From Bdellovibrionales bacterium (GTDB lineage Bacteria > Bdellovibrionota > Bdellovibrionia > Bdellovibrionales > UBA1609): 64,000 bases of DNA. Numbering within the stretch: the first letter of the stretch is position 1; the number at the start of each line of letters is the position of its first letter. The stretch is taken from NCBI GenBank assembly GCA_965200875.1, contig OZ241456.1, forward strand, positions 1,248,001 to 1,312,000, written 5' to 3'. Made by a program: the position numbers and the translations under genes. Below the pieces are notes generated by a model. The model was not told where the DNA came from. It searched no databases and saw only the letters and a list, made by a program, of their open reading frames with translations. Shown in pieces: positions 8,570-18,031 of the stretch.

Positions 8570-9037
8570 TTATGCTACAGGAGTTGGTCCAGAAGACAGA
8601 GCTAAAAACTCATCTCCAGTTTGAACGGTTATTTCTTCGTGCGAGTTTGTATAATCTGTGTTTGTTTTGGCATTAAATAGTTTGAATTTATCCACCGGAA
8701 CAAATTTTGCTTTTTCAAGTATTTGAGTAACTGTCAGCTTATTATCTGAAGCTGAAATTTCTTGTTTTTCCCCATTGACAGTATAATATATTTTTACATC
8801 CTGTATTTTATGTTCAATGGAAAATACATCATCATTTTTAATTTCCAACTTTTTATGCAAGTCATCCTTTGCTGGTCCATTCCATACTTCCTGTTTTTTA
8901 TCTCCTTGAATTTTAAAAATAACATAAGCAGGATAAGGTTCCTGTTTCTGTCCAAGCTCTAAAATATCTTTAGGAGTTATAAAAGACTCAGACCATAGCT
9001 TTTCTTGACCATCTATTTTTATATGTATTTCAACCAT
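8570..9037 (-). CDS. Multi-ubiquitin-domain protein (two beta-grasp/Ubl domains)
   Basis: Two repeats of the pattern I.IDG/Y.VNG...(I/L)T...ILE...(I/V)..(D/G)D.F; ends SSGPTPVA; alternative start 9085. Confidence 0.78.
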   Translation of the reverse strand: MVEIHIKIDGQEKLWSESFITPKDILELGQKQEPYPAYVIFKIQGDKKQEVWNGPAKDDLHKKLEIKNDDVFSIEHKIQDVKIYYTVNGEKQEISASDNKLTVTQILEKAKFVPVDKFKLFNAKTNTDYTNSHEEITVQTGDEFLALSSGPTPVA

Positions 9038-9180
9038 ACCAACAACACCAATGTATTTTTTCAGAGACTTCTGCCAATTTTCCATACCTTACAAGAATTT
9101 CCCTTTCAAGTCCAGAACGAGATATTTTTATTGACAATTTTTTGCTCTTTCACTGATATTTTTTGTAAGACAACAAGATT

Positions 9181-9261
9181 TTTGTTGTAAAATTTGCAAT
9201 TCCACCCAAACTGTTTATCAAAACATCAAGTGATAACAAGGTGTTAAAAGCTTTTTCGCGC
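9181..9261 (-). repeat. Dispersed ~80-bp intergenic repeat (similar to 56031-56113; partial copies ~1086-1135, 4707-4735, 24684-24730)
   Basis: Shared gaaaaag...ttaac...tgttat(c/t)acttgat...aattgcaa...ttttacaacaaa. Confidence 0.6.
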
Positions 9262-9297
9262 ATGTTGGTTAAAAAAAAGGTTGCGCTTTTAATTTTT

Positions 9298-10218
9298 TTA
9301 AGAAGGAGGCGGTTTTTTAACTTCCACCTGAAGAGGTGTTCTAAAGTGCAGATCTTTTTGAGGAAAAGCAATTACTATACCATGTTCTCTAAATAGCTCA
9401 TCTATGCGAAAACGAATATCACTGGGTATTTTTTTTAACTCCATAATGTGTTGCACACGTACCCAAAAAGAAACAGAAAAATCCAAAGAATTATTGCCAA
9501 ACTCCTTAAAAAACACAATAGGATTTGGAGATTTTAGAACCATTTTATGTTCGGTTACGGCTCGCAAAAGCAATTTCTCCACTTGTCGGGTGGGAGAACC
9601 ATAAATAACCCCCACATTTACCCTTCTTCTCACTACAGAATCTGAGAGTGTCCAATTCAAAATATTTTTCTCCAAAAAAGAGCTGTTAGGAACTACAATT
9701 TGAGTATTGTCTATGGATTTGATTCGGGTGGCCCGGGCACCAATTCGCTCCACTTCTCCTGTCAGACCTTCCACTTCCACTATATCCCCTGCCCGGATGG
9801 GTTGCTCCAAAATCACAATCAAACCACTGATAAAGTTATTCACAATATTTTGAGAACCAAGACCAATACCCACAGCCAGAGCACCACCAATTACCGTAAA
9901 AATGGTAATAGGAATATTTAAAAGCCTCATGGTAAAGAGACAGAGAATTATCATGGAAAAATAAAGTGTAAAAGTGGAGATAGCGTGCCCGACTGACTCC
10001 TGAACATCCAGTTTTCTTAAAATAATCCTCTCAAGCTGGCGCGTCAGCTGGCGCAGTATAAAATAACCAACAATAAGGAGAGTGATACCAATGATGAGAT
10101 CGCCTAAAGTAATATGATTTTTTCCTATTTTAAACAAATGCGAGTTCCAGATTCCGGGCACTTTTGCCCATATATCTGTAATAATAAGATCTATTTGATA
10201 CCAAATTGCTTTCCACAT
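9298..10218 (-). CDS. mscS: Small-conductance mechanosensitive channel (MscS family)
   Basis: GALAVGIGLGSQNIVNNFISG, PIRAGD, VPNS, VIAFPQ motifs; likely ATG at 10218. Confidence 0.9.
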   Translation of the reverse strand: MWKAIWYQIDLIITDIWAKVPGIWNSHLFKIGKNHITLGDLIIGITLLIVGYFILRQLTRQLERIILRKLDVQESVGHAISTFTLYFSMIILCLFTMRLLNIPITIFTVIGGALAVGIGLGSQNIVNNFISGLIVILEQPIRAGDIVEVEGLTGEVERIGARATRIKSIDNTQIVVPNSSFLEKNILNWTLSDSVVRRRVNVGVIYGSPTRQVEKLLLRAVTEHKMVLKSPNPIVFFKEFGNNSLDFSVSFWVRVQHIMELKKIPSDIRFRIDELFREHGIVIAFPQKDLHFRTPLQVEVKKPPPS

Positions 10219-10356
10219 AATACCTTTATGTTGGAAATAAGATCGGCACAGGTCAAGAATAATATGTTCAATCCGCCAGAAAAAACTACTTGTCTCCTCC
10301 CGAAAAATTTTTTGACTTATACCTCTCCCCTCACACGAGGTTCTGTTTATGGAATT

Positions 10357-10403
10357 TTGTAATAACCTTGGCAATGGTCTTGTAATAACCTTGGCAATGG
10401 TCT
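10357..10403. repeat. 23-bp tandem duplication in the mscS/sucA intergenic region
   Basis: ttgtaataaccttggcaatggtc x2. Confidence 0.85.
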
Positions 10404-10595
10404 TAAAAAGCCCTCTGGTTCATACCCCCTCCCGTTCCAATATTTTGGTTCAATCCTGTGCTTTCTCCAGAAAATCATAGGAAGTCTGGAAAATCTAGGA
10501 AGTCTGGAATAAAAGCAAATTCCCACTTGCAAGAAACTGATATTTTTTATATAAGTAAAGTATTCAAACTTCCAAAAAAAGAACAATTATAATCA

Positions 10596-13391
10596 ATGGC
10601 TCATTTGGATTATTTAAACAGAAGCAACCTGGACTATATTGAAAGTCTGTTTCAGAAGTATCGGGAACAGCCACACCAAACTCCTCCTGAATGGAAAATG
10701 TTTTTCAACGGAGTGGAATTGGCGCAAAATCTCTCATCCGGTTTCCTACCGGAAAAAGAGCTGGCAGTTTTTCAAACTATCTCTGCTTACCGCGAAGACG
10801 GACATCTGAAAGCCAATTTAGACCCTTTACAGCTAAAACAAGCTGGGAACTCAAAAAAAACACCTTCTTTTCTTTCCGCTTTTGGTCTGAATGAAAAAGA
10901 TCTAAAAAAGAATTTTCAAATCAGCTCTGTCTTAGGAATGAAATCGGGGGAATCTCTTAAAACCATTCTTGATTTTATGGAAAAAACATACTGTGGAACA
11001 CTCAGTCTTCAGGTTGGAGGATGCCAACCGGAAGTGAGAGAATGGTTTTTTAACGAGTTTGAAGGACGGGGGGAGCTTTTTCAGCTTTCCTCCGAACAGA
11101 AAAAAAACCTTTTTTACGAGCTGGCCAAAACAGAAGCTTTGGAAAAGTTTTTGCATTCCCGTTTCGTGGGAGCCAAGCGATTTTCCATAGAGGGGGGAGA
11201 CGCACTTATCCCCATGCTGGAATATCTGACAGAAAAAGGTGCTACAAAACTGAAAATAAAAGAGCTTATTATTGGCATGGCTCACCGAGGCCGGCTGAAT
11301 GTGCTCAACAACTTTATGAATCAAGCCACAGAAATTGTATTTATGGAATTTGACGGTGGAAAAGCCCTCAAGCATTTTGATTTTGAGGGGGATGTAAAGT
11401 ACCACGCAGGTTACTCTTCAGTTAAAAAGTTTGCCGATGGTTCCTCCTGCAATGTGTTACTGGCTTATAACCCCAGCCACTTGGAGGCAGTCAACCCTGT
11501 GGTGTGCGGAATTGCCCGCGCGCGACAAAGAGCTTTAAAAGATCATCAGAAAAGAAAAGCGGTTTTGCCAGTTTTGATTCACGGAGATGCGGCTTTCAGC
11601 GGACAAGGTTCTGCTAGTGAAACTTTGCAACTTTCTGAACTGGAAGGTTTTACCACTGGTGGGGTTTTACATATTATTCTGAACAATCAAATAGGCTTCA
11701 CGACGGATCCGATGGACTCCCGCTCTTCTGTTCACTCTTCTGATCTTGCAAAAGCCATTCAGGCCCCGGTCCTGTTGGTCAATGGGGACGACATAAATGC
11801 CTGTGTAAAAGCAATGGACATGGCTTTGCGTTTTCGGCAAAAATTCGGAAAAGATGTATTTATAGACTTAATATGTTATCGGCGGTTCGGCCATAATGAA
11901 GGTGATGAACCGGCCTTTACACAACCCATAATGTATCAAAAAATAAAACAGCATCCCACTGCCCGACATATTTACGCCAAAGAATTGGAAAAGGAAAAAC
12001 TCATGAACAATCAGGAGTCTCAAGCCTTTTATGATAGCCAAATTCAGGAATTACAAAGCATACTGGATAAAACCAGAAAAGAAAACAAAGTTCTCACGAA
12101 AGAGGATTTAAAAGGAACACTTTGGGAGCAGTACAAAAAAACCACTGAAAGCGATTTTTTCAAAGAAGTGGATACCTGCCCCTTGGATAGACACTTGGAC
12201 AAAACTCTTAAGGTACTTACTGAAGTTCCTGAAAATTTTAACCTGCATTCCAAAGTGAAAAAACTCATTCAGGATCGGCAAAAAAAAGTAAAGGAAGATA
12301 AACTGGATTGGGCTTTATGCGAACTTTCCGCATACGGAACACTTTGTCTGGAAAATCATCCTGTGCGTGTTTCCGGCCAGGATTCCAAAAGAGGTACTTT
12401 TTCTCATCGCCATGCTGTCTATTTTGACACGCAAACCGGAGCAAGTTATTCCCCTCTTTCCTTGCTAAACCCTGATAAGGGAGAATTTTGCATTTACAAT
12501 TCCCCTCTCTCTGAAATGGCCGTCTTGGGTTTTGAGTACGGAAACGCCTGTGCTGACCATTCTTTTTTTACAGTTTGGGAAGCTCAGTTTGGCGATTTTG
12601 CCAATGGAGCACAAATTATCATCGATCAATTCATCAGCAGTGGAGAGGAAAAATGGATGCAAAACTGTGGTTTGGTTTTGCTCCTGCCACATGGCTATGA
12701 GGGGCAAGGGCCGGAACATTCCAGTGCTAGGCTGGAGAGGTTTCTTCAGCTTTGTGCCCAAGGAAATATGCAGGTTTGCCACCCCACCACTCCCGCCAAT
12801 TTTTTTCATCTTCTAAGAAGGCAGGTAAAAAGACATTTCAGAAAACCCCTTGTGATAATGACACCTAAGTCTTTATTAAGACACCCTGAAGTGGTATCTT
12901 CCAAAAAAGATCTGATCCGCTCTTATGGTTTTCAGGAAGTGATTGCCGATCCAAAAGTCACAAAACCCAAAAATGTGGAAGTGTTAGTTTTATGTAGCGG
13001 TAAAGTGTATTTTGACTTAAAAGCCGAAATGGAGAAAGCTTTGAAAACTAACACCCACTCTTCTGTTGCAGGCCGTGATCATACAGCTTTTGTAAGAGTG
13101 GAGCAACTTTATCCGTTTCCTCGTTTGGCACTCACACCCTTTTTAAATGGCTATCACCGCCTAAAAAAGGTTTTATGGATACAGGAAGAGCCTGCCAATA
13201 TGGGTGCTGGTTCTTATATAATACCCCGACTTAGAGCTTTTATGGATGAAATTGGCTTAGGAAATATACCACTTACCTTCCTGAGCCGTAAAGAAAAAGC
13301 CTCTCCCGCCACAGGTTCTCATCAAGTCCATAAAAAAGAATATGAAGAACTTATTAAAAAGTTTTTTATTCAACTGGGAGTAGAAGTATAA
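10596..13391 (+). CDS. sucA: 2-oxoglutarate dehydrogenase E1 component
   Basis: GMAHRGRLN, GDVKYH, NPSHLE, HGDAAF, GHNEGDEP, WEAQFGDF, PEHSSARLERFLQL. Confidence 0.97.
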   Translation: MAHLDYLNRSNLDYIESLFQKYREQPHQTPPEWKMFFNGVELAQNLSSGFLPEKELAVFQTISAYREDGHLKANLDPLQLKQAGNSKKTPSFLSAFGLNEKDLKKNFQISSVLGMKSGESLKTILDFMEKTYCGTLSLQVGGCQPEVREWFFNEFEGRGELFQLSSEQKKNLFYELAKTEALEKFLHSRFVGAKRFSIEGGDALIPMLEYLTEKGATKLKIKELIIGMAHRGRLNVLNNFMNQATEIVFMEFDGGKALKHFDFEGDVKYHAGYSSVKKFADGSSCNVLLAYNPSHLEAVNPVVCGIARARQRALKDHQKRKAVLPVLIHGDAAFSGQGSASETLQLSELEGFTTGGVLHIILNNQIGFTTDPMDSRSSVHSSDLAKAIQAPVLLVNGDDINACVKAMDMALRFRQKFGKDVFIDLICYRRFGHNEGDEPAFTQPIMYQKIKQHPTARHIYAKELEKEKLMNNQESQAFYDSQIQELQSILDKTRKENKVLTKEDLKGTLWEQYKKTTESDFFKEVDTCPLDRHLDKTLKVLTEVPENFNLHSKVKKLIQDRQKKVKEDKLDWALCELSAYGTLCLENHPVRVSGQDSKRGTFSHRHAVYFDTQTGASYSPLSLLNPDKGEFCIYNSPLSEMAVLGFEYGNACADHSFFTVWEAQFGDFANGAQIIIDQFISSGEEKWMQNCGLVLLLPHGYEGQGPEHSSARLERFLQLCAQGNMQVCHPTTPANFFHLLRRQVKRHFRKPLVIMTPKSLLRHPEVVSSKKDLIRSYGFQEVIADPKVTKPKNVEVLVLCSGKVYFDLKAEMEKALKTNTHSSVAGRDHTAFVRVEQLYPFPRLALTPFLNGYHRLKKVLWIQEEPANMGAGSYIIPRLRAFMDEIGLGNIPLTFLSRKEKASPATGSHQVHKKEYEELIKKFFIQLGVEV

Positions 13392-13513
13392 AATTGGGAG
13401 TGTAAAATACTGAATATTTTTTTCTTTGGCAGATTTTGAAAGTTTGTTATATGAAAAACCCTATAAAGTTTTTGACATATCATACTAAAAACCTGAAGAA
13501 TAAGGAAAAACAT

Positions 13514-13589
13514 GACCCGCTAGCTCAGTTGGTAGAGCATCTCCCTTTTAAGGAGAGGGTCCTTGGTTCGAGCCCAAGGCGGGTCACCA
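13514..13589 (+). tRNA. tRNA-Lys(UUU)
   Basis: Cloverleaf: acceptor GACCCGC/GCGGGTC, anticodon arm TCTCC-CTTTTAA-GGAGA, TTCGA T-loop, encoded CCA. Confidence 0.96.
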
Positions 13590-13592
13590 CTA

Positions 13593-13667
13593 GTTCCCTT
13601 CGTCTAGCGGTCAGGATGTCACCCTTTCACGGTGAAGACACGGGTTCGATTCCCGTAGGGAACGCCA
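13593..13667 (+). tRNA. tRNA-Glu(UUC)
   Basis: Acceptor GTTCCCT/AGGGAAC, anticodon arm TCACC-CTTTCAC-GGTGA, TTCGA T-loop, encoded CCA. Confidence 0.96.
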
Positions 13668-14212
13668 TATATTTTGTAACTAATTGAAATAACTTGTAAT
13701 TTTTCTATCACTGATCACTTGGCAGAGGAAATTTAACTAATAGCGTCATAAATTCTCAAAAAAATGCCCCTTGAACCTTTATACTTTCAACCTTTATAGG
13801 AGTTGTCCGTGATAAACCTTTATAGGAAGTAGCTCGTGAAAAAACCTTTCCTAAACTGAAAGAATCTCTAAGAGCTTTCAGTCCCTTGAAAACGGGAATC
13901 TTGTTGAATTTTAGGGAAATGTTCAAAATAAATAACAGGCAGGTTGTATATAATGATGAAAAATAAAATTAATCAACTTTCTTTTTTTGAAGAAACAAAA
14001 TTATCGAATCATCTCTTCAAGAAATTTGAAGAGATCCATAATTATATATATGCCAATGAGGGGCTATCTGAACAACAAGTTTTAGAGGAGATTATAAAAA
14101 TTTTATTTATAAAGTTTTATGATGAACAAAAAAATAGTGACAGGTTTTACATTTCAAAAACAGATTTTTTAAATATAAATTCCAAAAAAACTGGAGTGGC
14201 CCCTATTTTTGG

Positions 14213-15100
14213 CTACCTCATTTGTGTTGATTTAATATACTCCACAGGTGACTTCATGCCAAGTGCTGAATGGGGAGCTTTATGGTTATAATCATATATC
14301 CATTCTTTTAATAATTTCATAGTGTCTTCAGCACAGGAGCAGTCATTCACATACACATAATCTCGTTTTATTGTCTTTACAAAAGCCTCTGCCATACCAT
14401 TACTCTCTGGACTGTAAGCCCTCGTAAAACAAGGCTTTAAACCCAGCTGGCGGGCCAATACCTGCACATTATACGCTCTGTAAATACTCCCTCGATCCGA
14501 TAAAAATTCAATCTCTCTATTTGTTCGACAAGCATCAAATCGCCCTTCTACAGCACTAATCATCAAACCCTGTATGTCTTCTTCTGATAAAAGAGGCTTT
14601 AACGACGCCGTAAAGCTTAAAATCTCCCTGTCACATGTGTCTAACACAAAAGAAACATACACCTTCTCTCCATTAAAACAATGAATTTCAAAACAATCAG
14701 AACACCACCTCGTATTGGAATACAATGTCATCACTTTTCCTGTACTCTTATGCCCTTCCCTTCTGCTGACAGCTTTGGGTAACAAAAGGCCATTTTCTTT
14801 CATTACACGATAAATACGCTTCTTATTATACTTGCTTAAACCCTTTAAAACCCTCTCCTTGTTGTAAAGAGCCGTTACACGCTTGTAACCATAAGTGGGA
14901 CGATCCTTTATCACAGCTCTTATCCCTGATAAAATTTGCTTATCTTTATCCTTTATCTTCATCTTAACACTTCTCCTCTCACTCACTTTGTAAAGAGACT
15001 TTGGATGAATCCCTATTAACTCACAAAATCTTTTTTTACAGCAGATCGCTGAGCAGTGGATGATAAACTCTTTTGCAAATTCAGTTTTTCTTCCCTCCAC
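14213..15100 (-). CDS. IS3-family transposase OrfB (DDE), reached by -1 frameshift
   Basis: YGYKRV, RWCSDCFE, LDTCDRE, LSDRGS, SPESNGMAEAFVKTIKRDY; A-AAA-AAG slippery site at ~15100-15106 in the orfA frame. Confidence 0.92.
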   Translation of the reverse strand: MEGRKTEFAKEFIIHCSAICCKKRFCELIGIHPKSLYKVSERRSVKMKIKDKDKQILSGIRAVIKDRPTYGYKRVTALYNKERVLKGLSKYNKKRIYRVMKENGLLLPKAVSRREGHKSTGKVMTLYSNTRWCSDCFEIHCFNGEKVYVSFVLDTCDREILSFTASLKPLLSEEDIQGLMISAVEGRFDACRTNREIEFLSDRGSIYRAYNVQVLARQLGLKPCFTRAYSPESNGMAEAFVKTIKRDYVYVNDCSCAEDTMKLLKEWIYDYNHKAPHSALGMKSPVEYIKSTQMR

Positions 15101-15402
15101 TTTTTTTTCATAAACTCATTCCATTGCTTAAGAGTGGTGATATCCAATGCTTGATCAGCTACAGTATGCTTTAAACGAGAGTTCTCCACCTTTAAACGAT
15201 TTATCTCTAAAAGCAATTCCTCTTGGTCTAATCCTGTTGCTTTCTTTTCTCTGCGCATTTTCTCTCTCCTCCATTGATAAATAGTTGCGGCTTGAATCTG
15301 ATACTTCCGTGATAATTCGGAAATACTGAGACCACCTTGAAAATGCTCTGAAAGTATCAAAAATCTTTGATTTTTTGAAATCTTTTTGGAAAATCTATCC
15401 AT
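15016..15402 (-). CDS. IS3-family transposase OrfA (HTH)
   Basis: SISELSRKYQI...IYQWRR HTH plus zipper; GGAGG RBS. Confidence 0.9.
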   Translation of the reverse strand: MDRFSKKISKNQRFLILSEHFQGGLSISELSRKYQIQAATIYQWRREKMRREKKATGLDQEELLLEINRLKVENSRLKHTVADQALDITTLKQWNEFMKKKWREEKLNLQKSLSSTAQRSAVKKDFVS

Positions 15403-16217
15403 TTTACCTCCTTTTAGAAGGTAGCCAAATTTTGGGGGTCAAGAACATAATCGATGAAGATTTTAGTGCAGTGATATCAGATTACAATCAATTTTTAAAA
15501 ACATCTTCTACAAAATCCAATTCATCCTTCTGCATTAAAGCACAGAAATTAAATAGAAGATTTGATTACACATATCATCTCCCTGCAAATCGCAAACTAA
15601 TAAAACAATTAAAACAATTAAACTCTGTTTATCTTTTTGAGCTAGCTGATATTGTAAAGACAAAATCAACATTTTTAAAAAATAAAATTGTTAACTACAT
15701 TGAACTTTCAGATGTATATACGAATTCATTTGAAATTATTAACTCAGCAGGAATAGCTGTTAATAAGCTACCCAGTAGAGCCAGTTATGAACTAAAAACA
15801 GGGGATATTATTACGGCTGTTGCGGGTAATGCCATAGGAACTCATAAACACACTACTGCCTATGTCACAGAGGAATTTAACCATTCAATTTGCACAAATG
15901 GTTTTCGTGTATTAAGAAACTTCAGAATTAATCCATTTTATCTTTTGTATTATTTTCAAAGTGATTTATTTTTGAAGCAGGTATTTATGTATCGGACAGG
16001 AGCAGCCATTCCAGCATTATCAGATGAAGATTTCAGTAAAATTTTAATATATATTCCACCTGAAAAGGAAATGAAACAAATCAGCTTGACTGTGAAAAAA
16101 AGTTTTTATTTAAGACAAAAAGCCAAAAATGAAATGAAGAATATCACCTTAACTGAAATAAACCCATAAACACAGCTATATTTATATCTTTTTTATTACT
16201 GCCCATCTTCATAGATA

Positions 16218-16339
16218 ATGGTCTGTGAAAAAGTTCTGTTTAAGTGAGTTACTTTCCTACTTATCGGAAGGCTCCCCCTTAGTACGTCATTCCCGTGAAA
16301 ACGGGAATCCAGAAAACCACATACTTTTTCACAGGCTAC
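16218..16339. mobile_element. 122-bp MITE-like element with CGTC-tagged palindrome (16285-16310)
   Basis: Ends ..CTGTGAAAAAG / CTTTTTCACAG..; internal CGTCATTCCCGTGAAAACGGGAATCC. Confidence 0.75.
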
Positions 16340-17357
16340 TAAGTACTAGAAGGCCGACTGGCAATCTGTTTCGTAAGCTCCACTCCTGGAGGCAGAGGCA
16401 CACCTTGAGCTTTATTAAAACCCGTTGAAGGATTGGAAAAAGCAGACGCACTGGCATAAAGCAAAACCTGATCTTTAATATTACCTTTTTCCGTTGCCTC
16501 AACAAAGGACCGAAAAGTTGTCAGAGTTTTGGCTTTATTGGCATTTACAGTTTCGTTGTGTTTTTCTGCATGAAAATTTTTATTACAAAAATTTATAGCG
16601 TAAATCCATAAGCTAAGTATTATTCAAGCAACAATCTCCAGATAACCCAGCACAAGGGCTTCTTTTCCTTTAAAATACGCAAAAAGCCCACCAGTAATGA
16701 ATAGGCAACCTATATCAAGCCAAAAAGTAAATTTCGCCCCCATTTATACCATCTTTGAGCTTTTTTTAAGTGATCAATTTGAGCATTTGAATAGTGAATG
16801 GCATTTTGAGATACTCCTGCTTCAGCAGAGGCAGTCCTCATGGATTCTAAAATAGATTCAGCAGATTTTTTTTGATTTTCTATCTGATTTTTTTGTTCTT
16901 CAGAATGAGCTTTAACTTGCTCTAAAGTTTGTCTTGCTTCTCTTTCAATTTGTTTAAAATCCGTTCCTGCTTGATTTGCAAAGTTAACTACTGAGGATAC
17001 AGCTTCAAAAAAACCATCATAGGAATCTTCTACATCCTGCACAATATTATCCCTTGTATCCTTAGGACTGCTGTCTTCTAAATTGAGAGATCTTGCTCTT
17101 TCAAAAATCTCTTTATATGCTTGTAGTTTCCCTCGTATGTATGAAGTTTTGTCTTGAGGAACTCTTTCAAAATGACATTTTGAAAGATCTTCTATTAGTC
17201 CGAAAACCATTTCAAACTGTTCTTTTCCTTTGCGGTTAAAACTAACATCATGCAATCGATCCTCTCCGTATAATTCATCACGATCAATTTTTAAAAATTC
17301 TTGTATTTCAGTCTGCAGAGCTTTAGCTTCCTCTTTCATAGATTCAAGTATTGACAT
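16339..17357 (-). pseudogene. Coiled-coil plus two-TM membrane protein, frameshifted (~16712) and with an in-frame TGA (16624-16626)
   Basis: After ORF 16710-17357, another frame reads IGCLFITGGLFAYF...IVA*IILSLWIYAINF...KHNETVNANKAKTLTTFRSFVEA...STGF to TAG at 16339. Confidence 0.7.
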
Positions 17358-17646
17358 TATAATCTTTCTCCATAATAAGGTTTAATAGTTCACAATCAGC
17401 TCAAAGCGAGAATGATCGTTTTTCAAGGTAACTGGTTACACCAAAAAACCTATTTTTTTGAGGTTTCAGTCACAGAATCAATGTATCATTTCTGTTCTGT
17501 TGTAGTAGTTTCGAGGACGATTATTAACCAAAAGCAGGATGTATGACAAGAAAAATAGGGTAAAAATGGTGTTTTAAAGTGTTTCTTCTTGATTTTCAGC
17601 TATAATTTTGTTGATTTTATATCCTAAAATAACGATAATATAAAAT

Positions 17647-17886
17647 ATGACTACTCAAAAAAAATCAAAACTGATAACTGAAGAAATCTTGGATCAATCT
17701 GGATTGGACGAAACTTCCAAAGCATTGGAGTTTTATAAGACATTTAAGGAAATTTCTGATATTACAGAAAAAATAGATATTGCTCTAGGCAGAAAAAAAA
17801 TATATACATATAGCTCTGGTTCAACAAAAAATTTTGAAATAGATACTGATGCAATCCCACCAACAATCCAATCGTATACGGTTTAA
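17647..17886 (+). CDS. Hypothetical protein
   Basis: 79-codon ORF with protein-like composition; no recognised motif. Confidence 0.45.
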   Translation: MTTQKKSKLITEEILDQSGLDETSKALEFYKTFKEISDITEKIDIALGRKKIYTYSSGSTKNFEIDTDAIPPTIQSYTV

Positions 17887-17993
17887 AATAACTCAAATAT
17901 AATATCTAAAATTATTAGAAAATTTTAGCTTTGAGTGGTTCTTCTTTTTTTCATTATCTGTGTTAATAACCATAAATTCTTGACAATATTTTA

Positions 17994-18009
17994 TTGACAA
18001 TGTTGTCAA
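17994..18009. promoter_or_regulatory. Palindromic putative operator upstream of the toxin-antitoxin pair
   Basis: TTGACAA-TG-TTGTCAA containing a TTGACA box, 22 nt before the toxin start. Confidence 0.45.
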
Positions 18010-18031
18010 AATCAAGTAAAAGTATTGAATA

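Larger units (their letters stand above)
14192..15447 (-). mobile_element. IS3-family insertion sequence, IS2 subgroup-like (~1256 bp)
   Basis: Imperfect terminal IRs TGGAGTGGCCCCTATTTTTGGCTACC / TGTTCTTGACCCCCAAAATTTGGCTACC; overlapping orfA/orfB; no target duplication visible. Confidence 0.92.
13953..16169 (+). pseudogene. Disrupted N6-methyltransferase/specificity-domain R-M gene (fragments 13953-14191 and 15448-16169)
   Basis: N-fragment EIHNYIYANEG...EEIIKILFIKFYDE resembles N-6 methylase N-termini; C-fragment is HsdS/TRD-like (LPSRASYELKTGDII, INPFYLLYY, TGAAIP); no SAM-binding or NPP(Y/F) motif remains. Confidence 0.7.

Noticed and set aside
10357..10510. 23-bp tandem duplication and a doubled AGGAAGTCTGGAA as a mini-array or regulatory system
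   Set aside because: Only two copies each, no spacers; most simply local duplications.
10596..13391. sucA without adjacent sucB/lpd
   Set aside because: Split suc genes are common and cannot be assessed from one window.
13436..13687. 83-aa ORF
   Set aside because: Overlaps two well-formed tRNA genes.
16624..16626. Possible TGA recoding (this in-frame TGA and the ATG-TGA at ~55924-55929)
   Set aside because: Conserved genes (gspE, purE, thrS) end at TGA in the expected places and many ATGA overlaps exist; standard code fits.
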